NCBI RefSeq assembly: GCF_001194135.2
Contig: NC_068981.1
Coordinates: 11,480,753-11,544,567 of the forward strand
Direction: 5' to 3'
Source of the DNA: Octopus bimaculoides
Taxonomy: Eukaryota
DNA length: 63,815 nucleotides
This document shows, one piece after another, positions 25,191-38,778 of this stretch. Below the pieces are notes generated by a model. That model was not told the origin of the DNA and did not search any database. It worked only from the letters and a program-made list of their open reading frames with translations. The number at the start of each line of letters is the position of its first letter. Positions within the stretch are counted from its first letter, which is position 1. A program made the position numbers and the translations under genes.

Positions 25191-25309
25191 GTGGTTAGGA
25201 GTTTTCCCATAATAGAGATAATTACATTATGTTTATTTTAGAATGTGCAGAGAATAATTATTGTTATAACGTACTCAAGTAGGCTGATGGCAAAGGAAAC
25301 TAGAAAGAA

Positions 25310-25980
25310 TACAAAGGAAGTATTACCTACCGGACATTGACACTAAAAGTGTGTTTACCACAATTAAAGGGCAATAAGATTCCTTCCGAAATTGAAAAAC
25401 AAATTTGACATAACCACAACACGTATAAAACATTAACCCCCAAGAAATTTAAAATAGAGACTTAGGTTAGTAGATATGGGGACAACATTGAAACAAATGT
25501 AGTAGTAAAATATCTAAAATGGAATGGTCATAAACGGTAGATACGAGGATCACAAGAAATGCGATTACATGACAAATTCCTGAAAACACCAAACACTCTG
25601 ATAATAGATGACGGGATTTCGCAGTTTCACTAGTAAAAGAATGTAATATAGCAGAAGACTTGCAGTGATTGCTGGACATCTTATGATGTGAAGAAATAAA
25701 TAACCAAAGCAATAATTCCAACCCATGCAACAATCACTTCCATTATAATATAAATATTCAATACAATGACTGTCAACGCTTCTACAACATATAATCAAGA
25801 AAAGAATTCAACCTAACAATTGATAAAATTAGAATGGTCGTAAATACTCGTCAATCCGCTAGAAGACAATACTGCATGCAAGCCATTAACACAGATACAG
25901 CTGGCAGTAGTCAGAAATTCACATGGATGTAATGAAAACACAGCATGGTGCAAGAAATTATTATCTCAGATTAACATTAT
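25310..25980 (+). mobile_element. Degenerate RTE-like LINE RT relic
   Basis: Ordered faint motifs LPDIDTKSVF (like FIDxxKAFD), FKIET*VSRYGD (like F.I.TGVRQG), AEDLQ*LLDIL and KAII. Many stops. Confidence 0.35.
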
Positions 25981-28248
25981 CCTATTAAGGAAGGAATCAA
26001 CCAATAGTTTAAATGAACACCACTCTGTGACTGGTACTTATCTGCTGGCCAATATTAGCAGTTAAACTCGAACTCTAGTATGGAAAGCAAACAGAATAAT
26101 AACTAGAACTAAGAATAGTTCAAGTTATTAGCTGAAGTTAATAACTGTTTTTACTTGAGTGATGATGAAAATTTTTGCAATATATTTTTTATCAAGTCAG
26201 AATTTCGGAAACATTGAAATATAATAACAATAGAAAATATACTTGAGATATCTGTATTAATCAATTATTGGTTGACAAAACTGAGAACAAACAGACCTTG
26301 GAATCTATTTAATTATGAATAAACCTAAAGGTCGCAAGTAAATATCAGATAAATCTAGTCTTTACTCTTCTTTCGTGTTTTCCAAGTTTTTGATCATTAG
26401 TTTTTCCACCATCCTTTTTCTCTCTCTTCCACTAAATATACTGGCTCTATTCCAACTAATTTTTACAGTTCAGAAAATTCACTTAAGCAGGAACACGATT
26501 TTGCCTCGATAGGAAGTGTATATATGTGTATTAGTGGATGTGAAGCGGTGTATAGAAGTGACCTCATGCAGACTTTTTATTGTTTTCTCACGATTATAGA
26601 GTCGTTGGTTGTGATATTGTCGATTATTTTATTGTTATCTCTCTGACTATCTTTAAAAGTATGGTAGGTTGCAATGTAGGAAATCCTCGTAATTGTAAAC
26701 AACTGTAGTCTAGTGAAATTAACATAGAGCTTAGTGTGATTTCCTCTGTAAGTATGGTGTAGAGAGAGGGGAATGACCTCAAATTGTTTTAGCCTCGAAT
26801 TTTTGATATATTTTCGTATGTGCCAAACTAATTAAAAATAATAGTAGCTAAGTTATTTTAATTGGACCCTAATGGATAACTTTCTAATTGTAGACGGATA
26901 TATACTACTATGCAGATTTCAGTACAACAAAAATGGACCTATTTATCTCCTAATCATAGAAAAGCGTTTCACGTGCATATTTTCTGTACAGCCCTTATTT
27001 CGTTTGTTCTGATTTGCAAATGAATGAAGAGAGACATCATACCGAATCTTTTAACATCGATGAAAGGGATTCTGATGCTTTTAGATAAAGTATATTTTCT
27101 TCTTACAAGTTTGTAGTTACGGAGTTGACTTTTATTTCGTAACACTTGAAAGATAAAGCAGGTCACAAAATCAAATTAAGTATGCACTTATGAAAACTCT
27201 ACTGAATACACATTTCATTACATCAGTTTTACTACATTAGCAGTATTGTGGTAAGGTATTTGATTCAACGAGAACGAAGGACGCACGTTGGAATTAAAAT
27301 GATATCGCTATAGGCTTACTTACAAATGCAAATAATATATATAGACAAAAATCTTAAATGTCAAACATACATTAATACATATACAGAACACATATACATG
27401 CAGATTCAAAAGCCTGTTCATATCTTGTTGCAAACACAGTTTCAAATAAACAGACATTCTGACACGTTCTTGTATAGCATATTGGCATACATTCGAACAT
27501 ACATACATTTGGTTTTGTGAGTGCCAAAGAGACAAAACAGATAAGCTCGGGATTTCAAAAACATGAAATCAACCAGCAAATGCGCATATTGTAATTAAAG
27601 TCTAAAAGTGAAACACTAAAAATACGTAAAAATGTTCCCGTATTTAAAATGTGAATTTGTTTTTGTTATGAATATTATAACGACTGAACTTTGCTTTGTA
27701 TCTTTGTTAGAAACAAGCTCATACCATGGAGGAAATTCTCAAATGATTAAGAACAGAAGATGCATACATACATACATACATACATACATACAAACATACG
27801 TACGTACATACATATATATGCGCATACATACATATAGTTAAATTGTTATAGTGGTAATTAAACGTGAATATAAAATTTCAGAGATGTTCTTGCCTAGCAA
27901 GGGATTTTATATTAGACCATGATGTGTTCAGCTAAACCAACGTGCAAGACACATATAATTTACAACAACGGTTAACATCATTTAAATATTTATTATTTGA
28001 TGTCAAAGTTTAGTCACACTAGCTGCTAAATGACCACTGGCACTTTAAGTAAAGTTAATAGATTTTGTGTGTTTTGTGTTTTGAATGGTTAATATGCCTC
28101 TTCCGAGACGTAATGATAATATTTATATAGGAGAAAACGATTAAGATTTTTATGTTGTAACTCAGTCTTCTAGATATATCAGGTAAGCTTCCTTTAAATT
28201 ACATCCCTTAGTCTTTGAAACACATAAGGGAATGTGATGGTAACATAC

Positions 28249-28318
28249 GGTTGACAGGGCAACTGGAAGATCATAGTTATAACATTTCCTATCACTGGTC
28301 TGATCAATCAGAACTGGC
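28249..28318 (-). CDS. Candidate 70-nt internal exon of an unidentified gene
   Basis: Minus-strand acceptor ttttttaactacag and donor ACC|gtatgt. Only one frame is open: (R/K)PVLIDQTSDRKCYNYDLPVALST. Confidence 0.25.
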
Positions 28319-30376
28319 CTGTAGTTAAAAAACTCCAGCGACATCATTGTGATATACTCCGAATAGTGAGAGCAATGAAGAAATAAATTACAAGAAGAGA
28401 TAGTAATGGAGTAAAGCAAGACGTGTATACAGAAATAATCGATACACAGAAAGAATTCAGCGTGATATTTATCGTACAAATTTAACGTAACTTCGTCAGT
28501 AATTGTACCTGCTTATATTTTCATCATTGCTTCAAATGGTAGTGATTGTTTAAATGATGTGTTACTAGAATAAGCAAGCTAATGTTTCTCTAATCTCACT
28601 TTACGGAGTTAACTGCATCAAGACCTGACTTTGTTCTTAAAATGGTCGGTAAAATGTATACTAGTAATCTTCTGAGGTTAATTATAATCTCCATAATGCC
28701 TGCCTTTTCAAAATTGCTAGTCGGCCTCTGCAAAAACAAAATCAATATTTTCCCTTCTATTCGCAGAGTAATAAAACGAAGTGATACAACTTTATTTTCA
28801 ACGATTGACGTGTCGCCATGGAGATGCTACGTGGTTATATTCTGTCAGAATTACTCTCTGCTGACTAATAAATGACTTTCTATCTTTATCATCACTAAAT
28901 ATTTTATCAAAATAGATTTACTGCAATTTTGTGGTCAGTATGCAGTACTAAAGTCTTCTATGAACATTTTACTTCATGCTAGTATCTTAAAAACAAAATT
29001 TCTGCTACTGATCTTGTCAGGAGGCGTGGGCTATGCCATCTGCTTCCTAGACTTAACGGTACCGGAGCGATTAATCTCATTGATGATCAATTCCAACCAT
29101 TATGTCAACGGCTGTAGATAAAACACCCATGCACAGAAACTGATTCCACTGTACTGGTATTGGTTGGATGAAGGACTGGTCATAATAAAGGAGTGAATAT
29201 ATAGAGTGGACGCTACATCGGAGGTATGTTAGCTTGGCTGTCGCTTGATTAAATGTGGCTTAAGAAGGGTCAGCCCTAGAAAGCAGATCCCCTTTTAGTT
29301 GCTGTAACAACATTCTACAGTTACGAGGCAATATATCTATATAACATAGTCTGGAGTATGTTTGCCAGTGAACTCTCTCTAATCAGCCGAGTCTTTGCTA
29401 CTAGAATCCGAATCGCTCTCAACGTAGGAACAGTATTCTATTGAGGTCTCATTTGATCTTTGTAAAGGATTGGTAGTTTTTGATGCCTGATATATATATA
29501 TATAACAACATTCTACAGTTACGAGGCAATATATCTATATAACATAGTCTGGAGTATGTTTGCCAGTGAACTCTCTCTAATCAGCCGAGTCTTTGCNNNN
29601 NNNNNNNNNNNNNNNNNNNNNNNNNNNNNNNNNNNNNNNNNNNNNNNNNNNNNNNNNNNNNNNNNNNNNNNNNNNNNNNNNNNNNNNNNNNNNNNNNNNN
29701 NNNNNNNNNNNNNNNNNNNNNNNNNNNNNNNNNNNNNNNNNNNNNNNNNNNNNNNNNNNNNNNNNNNNNNNNNNNNNNNNNNNNNNNNNNNNNNNNNNNN
29801 NNNNNNNNNNNNNNNNNNNNNNNNNNNNNNNNNNNNNNNNNNNNNNNNNNNNNNNNNNNNNNNNNNNNNNNNNNNNNNNNNNNNNNNNNNNNNNNNNNNN
29901 NNNNNNNNNNNNNNNNNNNNNNNNNNNNNNNNNNNNNNNNNNNNNNNNNNNNNNNNNNNNNNNNNNNNNNNNNNNNNNNNNNNNNNNNNNNNNNNNNNNN
30001 NNNNNNNNNNNNNNNNNNNNNNNNNNNNNNNNNNNNNNNNNNNNNNNNNNNNNNNNNNNNNNNNNNNNNNNNNNNNNNNNNNNNNNNNNNNNNNNNNNNN
30101 NNNNNNNNNNNNNNNNNNNNNNNNNNNNNNNNNNNNNNNNNNNNNNNNNNNNNNNNNNNNNNNNNNNNNNNNNNNNNNNNNNNNNNNNNNNNNNNNNNNN
30201 NNNNNNNNNNNNNNNNNNNNNNNNNNNNNNNNNNNNNNNNNNNNNNNNNNNNNATACAATTAATAAAAAAGTAAAGGAAACTAAATACACAGACAAATAG
30301 AAATCGTGGAAGGTCACCAAATCCTCTTCAGTTATCGACTAGAGTGTCATCTTTGTATTTAGTATATGTTATTTCC

Positions 30377-30410
<34 letters not shown>

Positions 30411-30414
<4 letters not shown>

Positions 30415-31430
30415 CAACACTAATCAGGAGACATTACCCAACATCATTAATAGTTGATTGGATTAAACGAGCAAAGGATATAGACATACAAACATTAAGG
30501 GAAGTTAACCGAAATACTATACCAAATTAAAAAGTACTCCCATACATCTACACACATAACCCAAGAAACAACGAGGCCTTGAACATTATCATCCAAATTC
30601 TATCCATTCTCATTGGAGATAAAATAATGAACGAAATTTTGGGCTCATACAAAATTATCAAAAGCAAAATACAATCGAAATCATTGAAAGAATTCTAACC
30701 GGCGCAAGACTATATCCATTAACAGCGGAACCAAAAGTGGAAAGATGCGGGTGGCTTAAATGTGGCACATGTCTCCACCTTTTGGAGGGTGAGAAATTTC
30801 ACTTCAAACAAGGTGAAATATTTACGATAAAGTCAAATTTTGCTTGTGCCGCTGAAAACTTAGTCTTTGGTATTACTTGCTTAGGTTTCGGAAACCACAA
30901 TATATGCCAAACACGAAACTCTCTCAGACGAAGAACACCACTTCACAAAGATAAAATCGGCTTCCCNNNNNNNNNNTATAGTCAGTGAGCACATAGAAAG
31001 ATATGCTAGGAACCTTAAACCAAACTTCCTAATTTTCCTTCTTTATCAACGTTCCCAGAACACGTCAGTGCAGCAAATACTAAATAAAGTGGCACATTTC
31101 ATTAATAAATATCAACCATAACTTAACATGAATACACATTTTAATGCAGGACACTAATTAATACAGGTCACTACTAACCCTACTAATACCAGTAATCCCA
31201 CTAACTTGTATATATCCCATATACAATTCATGTTCTATTAATCATATATCCCTTAATTGCACCACTTTTAGAACTACTTGACTCTATTGCATGCAGTCTA
31301 TTCACTCAGGTACTATTAGACTCAAAGCCATTTTGAAATCAGCATTGATTTAAAATCAGTGAACAGTGATGAGAAAACCGGTATGACTTTCTATATTGAC
31401 ACATAATAATGATTTTTATAGTTTTTGATT
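30411..31430 (+). mobile_element. Penelope-like element 3' part (GIY-YIG endonuclease plus 3' non-coding region), degenerate
   Basis: VLPYISTHNPRNNEA..KIIKSK..SLKRILT.ARL..CGWLKCGTCLHLLEG..VFGITCLGFGNHNICQTRNSLRRRTPLH..PNF..HFINKYQP*LN fits the PLE linker, CxxC-CxxC and GIY-YIG layout. Confidence 0.8.
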
Positions 31431-31707
31431 CCACCTCAAATCATTTATCTATGTATGTATCATTGTTTTCATTATTAACAAACTCATTATGTTTATATCT
31501 AGTGTGCATTTTATTTGTTTCTTTTTACTTTTCCCTTATTTATACCACGTCATCTTCGAATCCGGTTTCTATTATANNNNNNNNNNNNNNNNNNNNNNNN
31601 NNNNNNNNNNNNNNNNNNNNNNNNNNNNNNNNNNNNNNNNNNNNNNNNNNNNNNNNNNNNNNNNNNNNNNNNNNNNNNNNNNNNNNNNNNNNNNNNNNNN
31701 NNNNNNN

Positions 31708-31979
31708 GTTGCCAGTGCCCCTGGACTGGCCTGTGCGGGTGGCACATAAAAGACACCATTTCCAGCGTGGCCGTTTTCGTGCGGGTGACACGTAAAAGCA
31801 CCCACTACACTCTCTGAGTGGTTGGCGTTAGGAAGGGCATCCAGCTGTAGAAACTCTGCCAAATTAGATTGGAGCCTGGTGTTGCCATCCGGTTTCACCA
31901 GTCCTCAGTCGAATCGTCCAACCCATGCTAGCATGGAAAGCGGACGTTAAACGATGATGATGATGATGATGATGATGAT
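31708..31979 (+). mobile_element. 3' half of a SINE with (GAT)n tail (RTE-type tail)
   Basis: gtgcgggtgacacgtaaaagcacccactacactctctgagtggttggcgttaggaagggcatccagctgtagaaac...ccaacccatgctagcatggaaagcggacgttaaacgatgatgat. The head lies in the preceding gap. Confidence 0.7.
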
Positions 31980-32903
31980 ATATATATATACAAGTGAGTG
32001 GACAGATGAAAGAACAGGGCATTGAACTTATTTATTAGGAATTTAATGAATTATTTAAAGCAGTTTGATTCGTTTCCGTGCGACTAAAAGTTTCGCAAAG
32101 ACATACACTTTGTGTATATACGCTGTACAGAATTATAGTCTAGACCTATAAATATTTAGCTGTGTATGTGGTAAATACCTTGTTTTCATATGCAACTGTC
32201 ATCAAGACATGAAAGTAGGAGTTTTTTGGGGCAATTAATGGCCGTCTTTAATTGTCTAGGAACAGAGACCGAATAGAACCGTTTGCATATTTCTTGGAAT
32301 TAAAAGTGGCTACAACGACTACGTCAGCTACCATTTATTTTGATTTTTTTGTTATTTATTTATTTATTTATTCATCTATAATTCCGATAATATATTAAAA
32401 GGCATTAATAATAAATTCTCGCTTTGCAGTCGATTTACCACTTTAACACCGAGTAATATACATTTTTTAAACGAAATCTTAAAATTTAAAAAATTGCTTT
32501 CACGTTTTTATTACTGTATTTTAGTGTCTGATTTTCGGAATACAATAAATCATATCTCTGTTTAATATTATTAACTGTAGAAAACCAGAGCTAATTTAAT
32601 TTGTATAATATGATTGTTAACTCTTTTCCCCCTCTAAAATTCATTGGAGTTCTTCATTCTCTAATGGACCAGCAAATATCCAGTGGATGATGTTGATGTT
32701 TGTTGTAAAGTATTATCTGTTAAATATTATCATTTCATTAAACTATGATTCATTTAATTTAAATCTTACATTATTTCTGATTTAATAGTGCAATGCCATT
32801 ATCAAATAATGATGATTATGTGAGAATGTTGATATTGAAGATGATGATGATGATGGTGATGATGATGATGGTGATGATGATGATGGGGATGATGATGATG
32901 ATG

Positions 32904-32962
<59 letters not shown>

Positions 32963-32970
32963 CATAATAA

Positions 32971-33755
32971 AAACAGGAAAACGTCATACTCAGTAACAAA
33001 TCATGCATGGAAATATCTGAGTGAATTCCAAATACAACAAATCCCAGAATTAGACGTGCTGGAAACAAACACAGGCCACAGCTAAGTGTATGAAAACCCG
33101 TGCTAAAAACTGCTGCCTCAAATATTCTTGTTAATAAATGGGAAGAAAAACTTCTCTAAGGCAAATATCCAAACAGAGCTAATGTTAACGATGTTGACAA
33201 AGCTCTTACACATCAGTGGTTTGTGTCATCTGGTTTAAAATCAGAAACAGAAGGGTTTATCACAGCAGTCTAAGATCAATGCCTACCCATAAGGAGCTAT
33301 CAGGCCAACATGATAAAGAACGACAGTAGCCCAATATGTCATGTATGTAAACAACAAAATGAAACCATCGATCATGTCTCCATGGGCGGTCTTCTTGCAC
33401 CTAAATAGTGTCTCAACAGGCATGATAGAGCAACACAAAATATTCATTGGGTTATATGAAAAACCTTGGAGCTGCTACATGTTAAAAACTGGTGAACAAA
33501 ACCCACCTCCAGTGTTTGAAAAGGACCACATCTCACTCCTCTGGAACTTCACCGTTCCAGCTGACTGAAAGATAGATGCGAATAGGCCAAAGATTATATT
33601 GAAGGACTCCAGATAAAAATTATTGTTCCTCATAAATATGGCTGTCCGAATCGACATAAATGTTTCTGCCAAGACCTACCAAAAACTGAGAAAGTATAAC
33701 GATTTTGAAGTAGAAATTGTAAAAGTCGGGAACCACAAGACTAAAGCAATAAGCC
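32971..33755 (+). mobile_element. RLE LINE fragment, family A (thumb, CCHC, RLE), 3'-truncated
   Basis: NKWEEK..GKYPNRAN..THQWFVSSGLKSETEGFITAV*DQCLPIRSYQ..ICHVCKQQNETIDHV..NRHDR..LLWNFTVPAD*KIDANRPKII..INMAVRIDINVSAKTYQKLRKY. Preceded by (TAA)n. Confidence 0.85.
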
Positions 33756-33794
33756 TGTGTGGAATGAAAAATTGCAGAGATAAATCACTGTGCA

Positions 33795-34660
33795 AGGAAT
33801 TGAAAACGAATGAAACTGAAAATAAGTGGGTAAAGAAAAGAAGGCGTGGTCAATTTCTTAGGGATAAGACAGATAGAGAAAAAAGATGGCTGTGGTTGAC
33901 TGAAAGTAATTTAAAACAGGAAAAGGAGGCTCTAATCTGTATTGCCCAAGCGCAAGCACTAATAGCAAGCTACATAAAATACAGAATAGACACCATATCC
34001 GAAAGTGATAAGTGCAGAATCTGTGGACAAAGCGGTGAAACCGTAAGGCATATTACGAGCCAATGTACGCCACTAGTCTGGAACGTAATAAGAGACGCCA
34101 CGATAATATAGGCAGGCTTGTCCATTGGACACTCTGCAACAAGTATGGACTTGACAGAGAAAAACGTTGGTACGACCACAAGCCCGAAGGCATCATCTAA
34201 CATGGTAATGCAAAGATGATCCTCTGTGATTTCATGATTCAGTACGGCCATCAAATAGAGAATAGGAAGCCAGACATAGTCTTACTTGGGAAAGAAACCA
34301 AACTATGCTGGATCATAGATATAGCATGCCCAGCTGACAACAAGGTATGCGATAAGGAAGAAAGAAAGGTCAATAGATATGACATGTTAGCTTGCGAGGT
34401 TAAGCAGTTGTAGTCGATGAAAAAGGTGATAATAGTAACAATAGTTGTCGGAGCCCTCGGAACAGTGAGTAAAAATCTTGAGAAGTACGTGGAACAAATA
34501 GGGGTTGCAATAAGGATGGAGCACTTGCAGGAAACGGCACTGCTTGGAACCGCTCGAATACTCCGGAAGCTGCTCGAAAAATAGAGGTGTTACCTTAGTT
34601 CACTGGTAGTGAACGTCTGATACCGTAGAACATCTCCAGCGTTAGAAGCTGGGCAAAGCA
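33795..34660 (+). mobile_element. 5'-truncated RLE LINE, family B (thumb, CCHC, RLE, 3' UTR)
   Basis: WLWLTESNLKQEKEALICIAQAQAL..KCRICGQSGETVRHITSQC..RHDN..DHKPEG..DFMIQYGHQIENRKPDIVL..IIDIACPADNKVCDKEERK..VGALGTV..LLGTARILRKLLEK*, then a 3' UTR ending catctccagcgttagaagctgggcaaagca and (TAA)n. Confidence 0.9.
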
Positions 34661-34681
34661 ATGATAATAATAATAATAGTA

Positions 34682-34712
<31 letters not shown>

Positions 34713-34787
34713 CAGCGGCAGCAGCAGCAGCAGTAGTAATAGTAGTAGTAGTAGTAGTAGTAGTAATGATGACGATGATGATGATGG

Positions 34788-34825
<38 letters not shown>

Positions 34826-34827
34826 CT

Positions 34828-34892
<65 letters not shown>
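34661..34892. repeat. Compound trinucleotide microsatellite TAA-CAG-TAG-GAT-TAA
   Basis: Direct observation. Confidence 0.95.
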
Positions 34893-34894
<2 letters not shown>

Positions 34895-35009
34895 CGCTTT
34901 TAAATCTGCATATTTTTTTCATGAAGTTTCAAGCTATCCACAAAGAAACAGTGTGCAATTTTGGTATCTCTGTTTCCTTGTGAACCAGTGAAGTATATGA
35001 ATGTGTGTA

Positions 35010-35370
35010 TGTATGTCATTATTCAATTTATTTCAAAATGTCTTGCTTACAGAGAAAGAACCGGTTTCTAACCCAGATTCAAGGTTTATTCATTGGAATT
35101 TCAAAATCAACAACAGGATATTTTTGTATGTATGTCTGTATGTATGCATGTATGAATGTATGTATGAATGTATGTATGTATGTATGTATGTATATATGTG
35201 CAGATTTGTATTGCTTCTATATGTATTCCCATGCATATAGTTACATATTTAGACATCCTCATATGTATGTATGTACTTATAGATGTAGATTTGTGTATGC
35301 AGATTTGTAAGTTTTGTTTTATGCATGTATTCTTATGCATATAGTTGCAAATCTAGACATGCACATATGT
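35010..35370 (-). mobile_element. 3' UTR fragment of RLE family C with internal duplication
   Basis: Homologous to 7524-7740 (tatgtcattattca...ggaattt..aa.atcaacaac...gcagatttgta...atgcatatagt...tagaca). The last block is present twice. Confidence 0.7.
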
Positions 35371-36719
35371 AAGTATGTATGTACTTTTATATATATGTAT
35401 ATATATATATATATATTGCCTGAAGCATTGTATATCTGTCATATATTAAGATAAAGAATGCATTCAGGATTTGGGTTTGAATAAATCTATTTAATTAGCA
35501 CCTTTGTCCCTTTCATGGATTAATTATTTATTACAGAATATTAATGCCTCTTCTATATATGACGAGTAGTTAAGAAAAATATAGTGTTGAATCTGTTTTC
35601 TTGGGCTTTTGAAACGAGGTGTTTTGGAAGTAGTTATTTGTAATGTTGTTTGACGTTTAAAATATAGCTGTGTGAGTGTGTATATGTGTGTATACATGCG
35701 TTTGTATGTGTGTAAACGTGTAGGATATATGGAGATTCATTACAGAGAGTAAAAACAAAAGAAGGGTAGAAAGGAATAAAAAACTTAGAAAGAAAGACAG
35801 ACAGATAGAAAGAAAGGTCTGTTGAAATTGATGACAGGTGAAAGAGGTCATATTATAAATTTTTTTTTTATCTATTGCAATGAATTTATTTTAGTTATTG
35901 TGAGTGACGGACAAAACTTTCTTTAGTCTATTGTCATTTTACCCAGCTGTAGAAAATAGAATCTATCAAACTCTTTGGAGAGGCTTTCAAATTTGTATGT
36001 CTGTGTCTTTTGGCGTGTGCGTGTGAGAGTGAGTGAATATTTGTTGTTTAAGAGAATTCTTCCAGTTATTTTAGTAACGGATATGTAAACATAATTAATA
36101 ATAATATCCAACGGTAATGTGGTTTCGTTTCCTCTGTGAAAGTGAATCTTTAAAGAAAGAAATCCGCATTTTTTTATGAATATATTTTAGCATGTTTTAT
36201 ATAGTTCCATTGTCTTTCGGTATTTTGGATTATCATTTAGGCATTTATAGACAGGTAAGATCGTGAATCAACTGTTTCAAATATTAGCTCAACGGAATCT
36301 GATGTAATTCTTTTTGTTTCATGTGTTGTCTATTTATTCTTAATCGTTGGCAAAGTGTAATAATGGTTTCCCCAATATAATTCACTTGGGGCAGTTTTGC
36401 AGTATACTGGATTCAGTGCCTTGCAGTTCGTATCTACATTTATTAGAAAGAGAATCCAATTTCAAATTTGATATAGTAATCCGTATCCAAATACCTGATA
36501 TTCTTATTACTGTATATACGGTCCCTGTTCTCTCCACATTCCTGCACGGAGAATTCTAAATTATTCCCAGATGTGAGATGTTTTTCAGATTATACTTACA
36601 CACGCGCGCGCACACCCCCACACCCACCCACACACATACACACACACACATACACACACACACTCATACACACAAACGGACACACAAATATGCATACATA
36701 CATAAATATATATATACAT

Positions 36720-36756
<37 letters not shown>

Positions 36757-37520
36757 ACTGAGAATGTATGTCTTCTGTCTGTATGTGTGCATCACTAAAA
36801 TTCGAGAACTACCCGACCAATTTCGTTCAAATTTTAGACATGCAAGACACAAACTCTTAAGACTATGGTGAAATATGAGGAAACGATGCAAGTGTTACTA
36901 GAGTCAGGACTCAATTGTGCTAAGAATTAAGAGAAGACACACCAATATTCAGGCTAGAAGTTGTTTCACCTCTAGGTGCCACCAGCGCCGGGCCCATGTA
37001 GAATAACTGCACAACCTTGGGCAAGGTGGCCCTATCATGACAAGGAGGAATGATCAAGGGTGATCCTCACATTTGCCACTAGATAAGAACCGCCGATATC
37101 CGTTTTATATTTTCAAAGTGAACTGGAGATAGAGAGCAAAATATGATGAGCTGGTGGAATTATGAACATGAAATGGTGGGAAGTAAAGCTTAGTCCCACT
37201 GAGGTAAGATGTTGATGGTTAAAGCGGGGGCAGTTAACCTTTGGAAATATAACCGTCTTTTGTCTGTAAGAGCAGCAGAGTTTGCTTGATGGTAGATGTA
37301 GAACGTAGATAAGAAGGGAAGACGAATGAAGTGACAGGACTATTTCACACAATCGCATTCAGATGGAACTGGTACGTTATTGTTGAAAGAATCGAAACAC
37401 TCAAATGATCTCAGATAACGTTATTCAGGATATTTACAGCTGCATAACCAGATCAATGAGCGAAAGCGTGACTCAGTTTCAGCATGTGTGTGTGTATCTG
37501 CGTCTGTATGTGTGCGGAGT

Positions 37521-37572
<52 letters not shown>

Positions 37573-38158
37573 TTGAGATGCAAAATGAGTATTATATTCG
37601 TTACAGAAGTTGTTAAAATATAGAAATATGCTATTTAATTTTCATGTCTTGGAGACTTATTACTATATTTTTGTGTTGTATAGGTAAAAGTAACTGAAAA
37701 CAATTGAATAAAACGTTAATGTTTCCATTTGTAGAATTTTTGATTTAATAAATATTTAGACACCATTAGATCTACCTGATATTTAGTTAATGAAACGAAA
37801 CATTTAAATTTTCTTTTTTATTATAGCTCTATTTCAATAAATTTAATTGACTGAAAAATAAAATATCAAGCAATTTGCAGGGAAATTTCAGAATCTAATA
37901 AATTGATACTGTGTAGAAATTACGTTTTAGTAGGTTTCTTAGCTCATATAAAAATTACGCTGTTTTAAATTCATAGTTACATAACATTTATTATTTTAAC
38001 AGCAAAGATTCTAAGCTTTCCATTACAATACCTTAGCATCTTCCTTGGGAAATATACTCTGACATCAAAATATAAACTGTGAGGTAATTCATGTAATGAG
38101 TTGTGACCAGAAATAAAAATATTCAAGTTGTTTAAAACAATATTGCTAGATTTCAAAA

Positions 38159-38390
38159 GGCGGCGAGCTGGCAGAAACGTTAGCACGTCGGGCGAAATGC
38201 TTAGCGGTATTTCGTCTGCAGTTACGTTCTGAGTTCAAATTCCGCCGAGGTCGACTTTGCCTTTCATCCTTACGAGGTGGATAAATTAAGTACCAGTTAC
38301 GCACTGGGGTCGATGTAATCGACTTAATCCCTCTGTCTGTCCTTGTTTGTCCTCTCTATGTTTAGCCCCTTGTGGGTAATAAATAAATAA
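38159..38390 (+). mobile_element. tRNA-derived SINE, family A, full length
   Basis: ggcggcgagctggcagaaacgttagcacg...tgagttcaaattccgccgaggtcgac...aataaataaataag. Confidence 0.9.
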
Positions 38391-38494
38391 GATTTCAATG
38401 AGGGTATATAAAGGAATATTTAATTAAATGAAAAGTATTTGATAGCATTTTCTTAAAGGCTAGTCACACAAACGTGCATGCACGGAAAGCATGA

Positions 38495-38778
38495 GCAGGC
38501 TTTCGTAGGTTCGTAGTTCGACTCCCAGTGGCGCGTTGTGTCCTTGAGCAAGACACTTTATTTAACGGTGCTCCACTCCACTCACCTGGCAATAATGATT
38601 AGTCCCTGCATTTCAAGGGACCAGCCTTGTCACACTCTGTGTCACGCTAGATCTCCTTGAGGAGTATGTGAAGGGGTACGCGTGTCTGTGGAGTGCTCAG
38701 TCACTTGCACGTTAATCTCAGGAGCAAGCTATTCCGTTGATCGGTAACCTCGTCGTCGTAAACAACGGAGAACCAGAT
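38495..38778 (+). mobile_element. SINE with ttgtgtccttgagcaagacact core and damaged head
   Basis: B-box-like tagttcgactcc, the conserved core, then body gggaccagccttgtcacactctgtgtcacgct...gtggagtgctcag.cacttgcacgttaat. Confidence 0.7.

Noticed and set aside
29305-29596. Exact 94-bp direct duplication (29305-29398 and 29503-29596)
   Set aside because: The second copy is identical, starts at a (TA)n run and ends at a gap, so it is most likely a scaffolding or overlap artefact.
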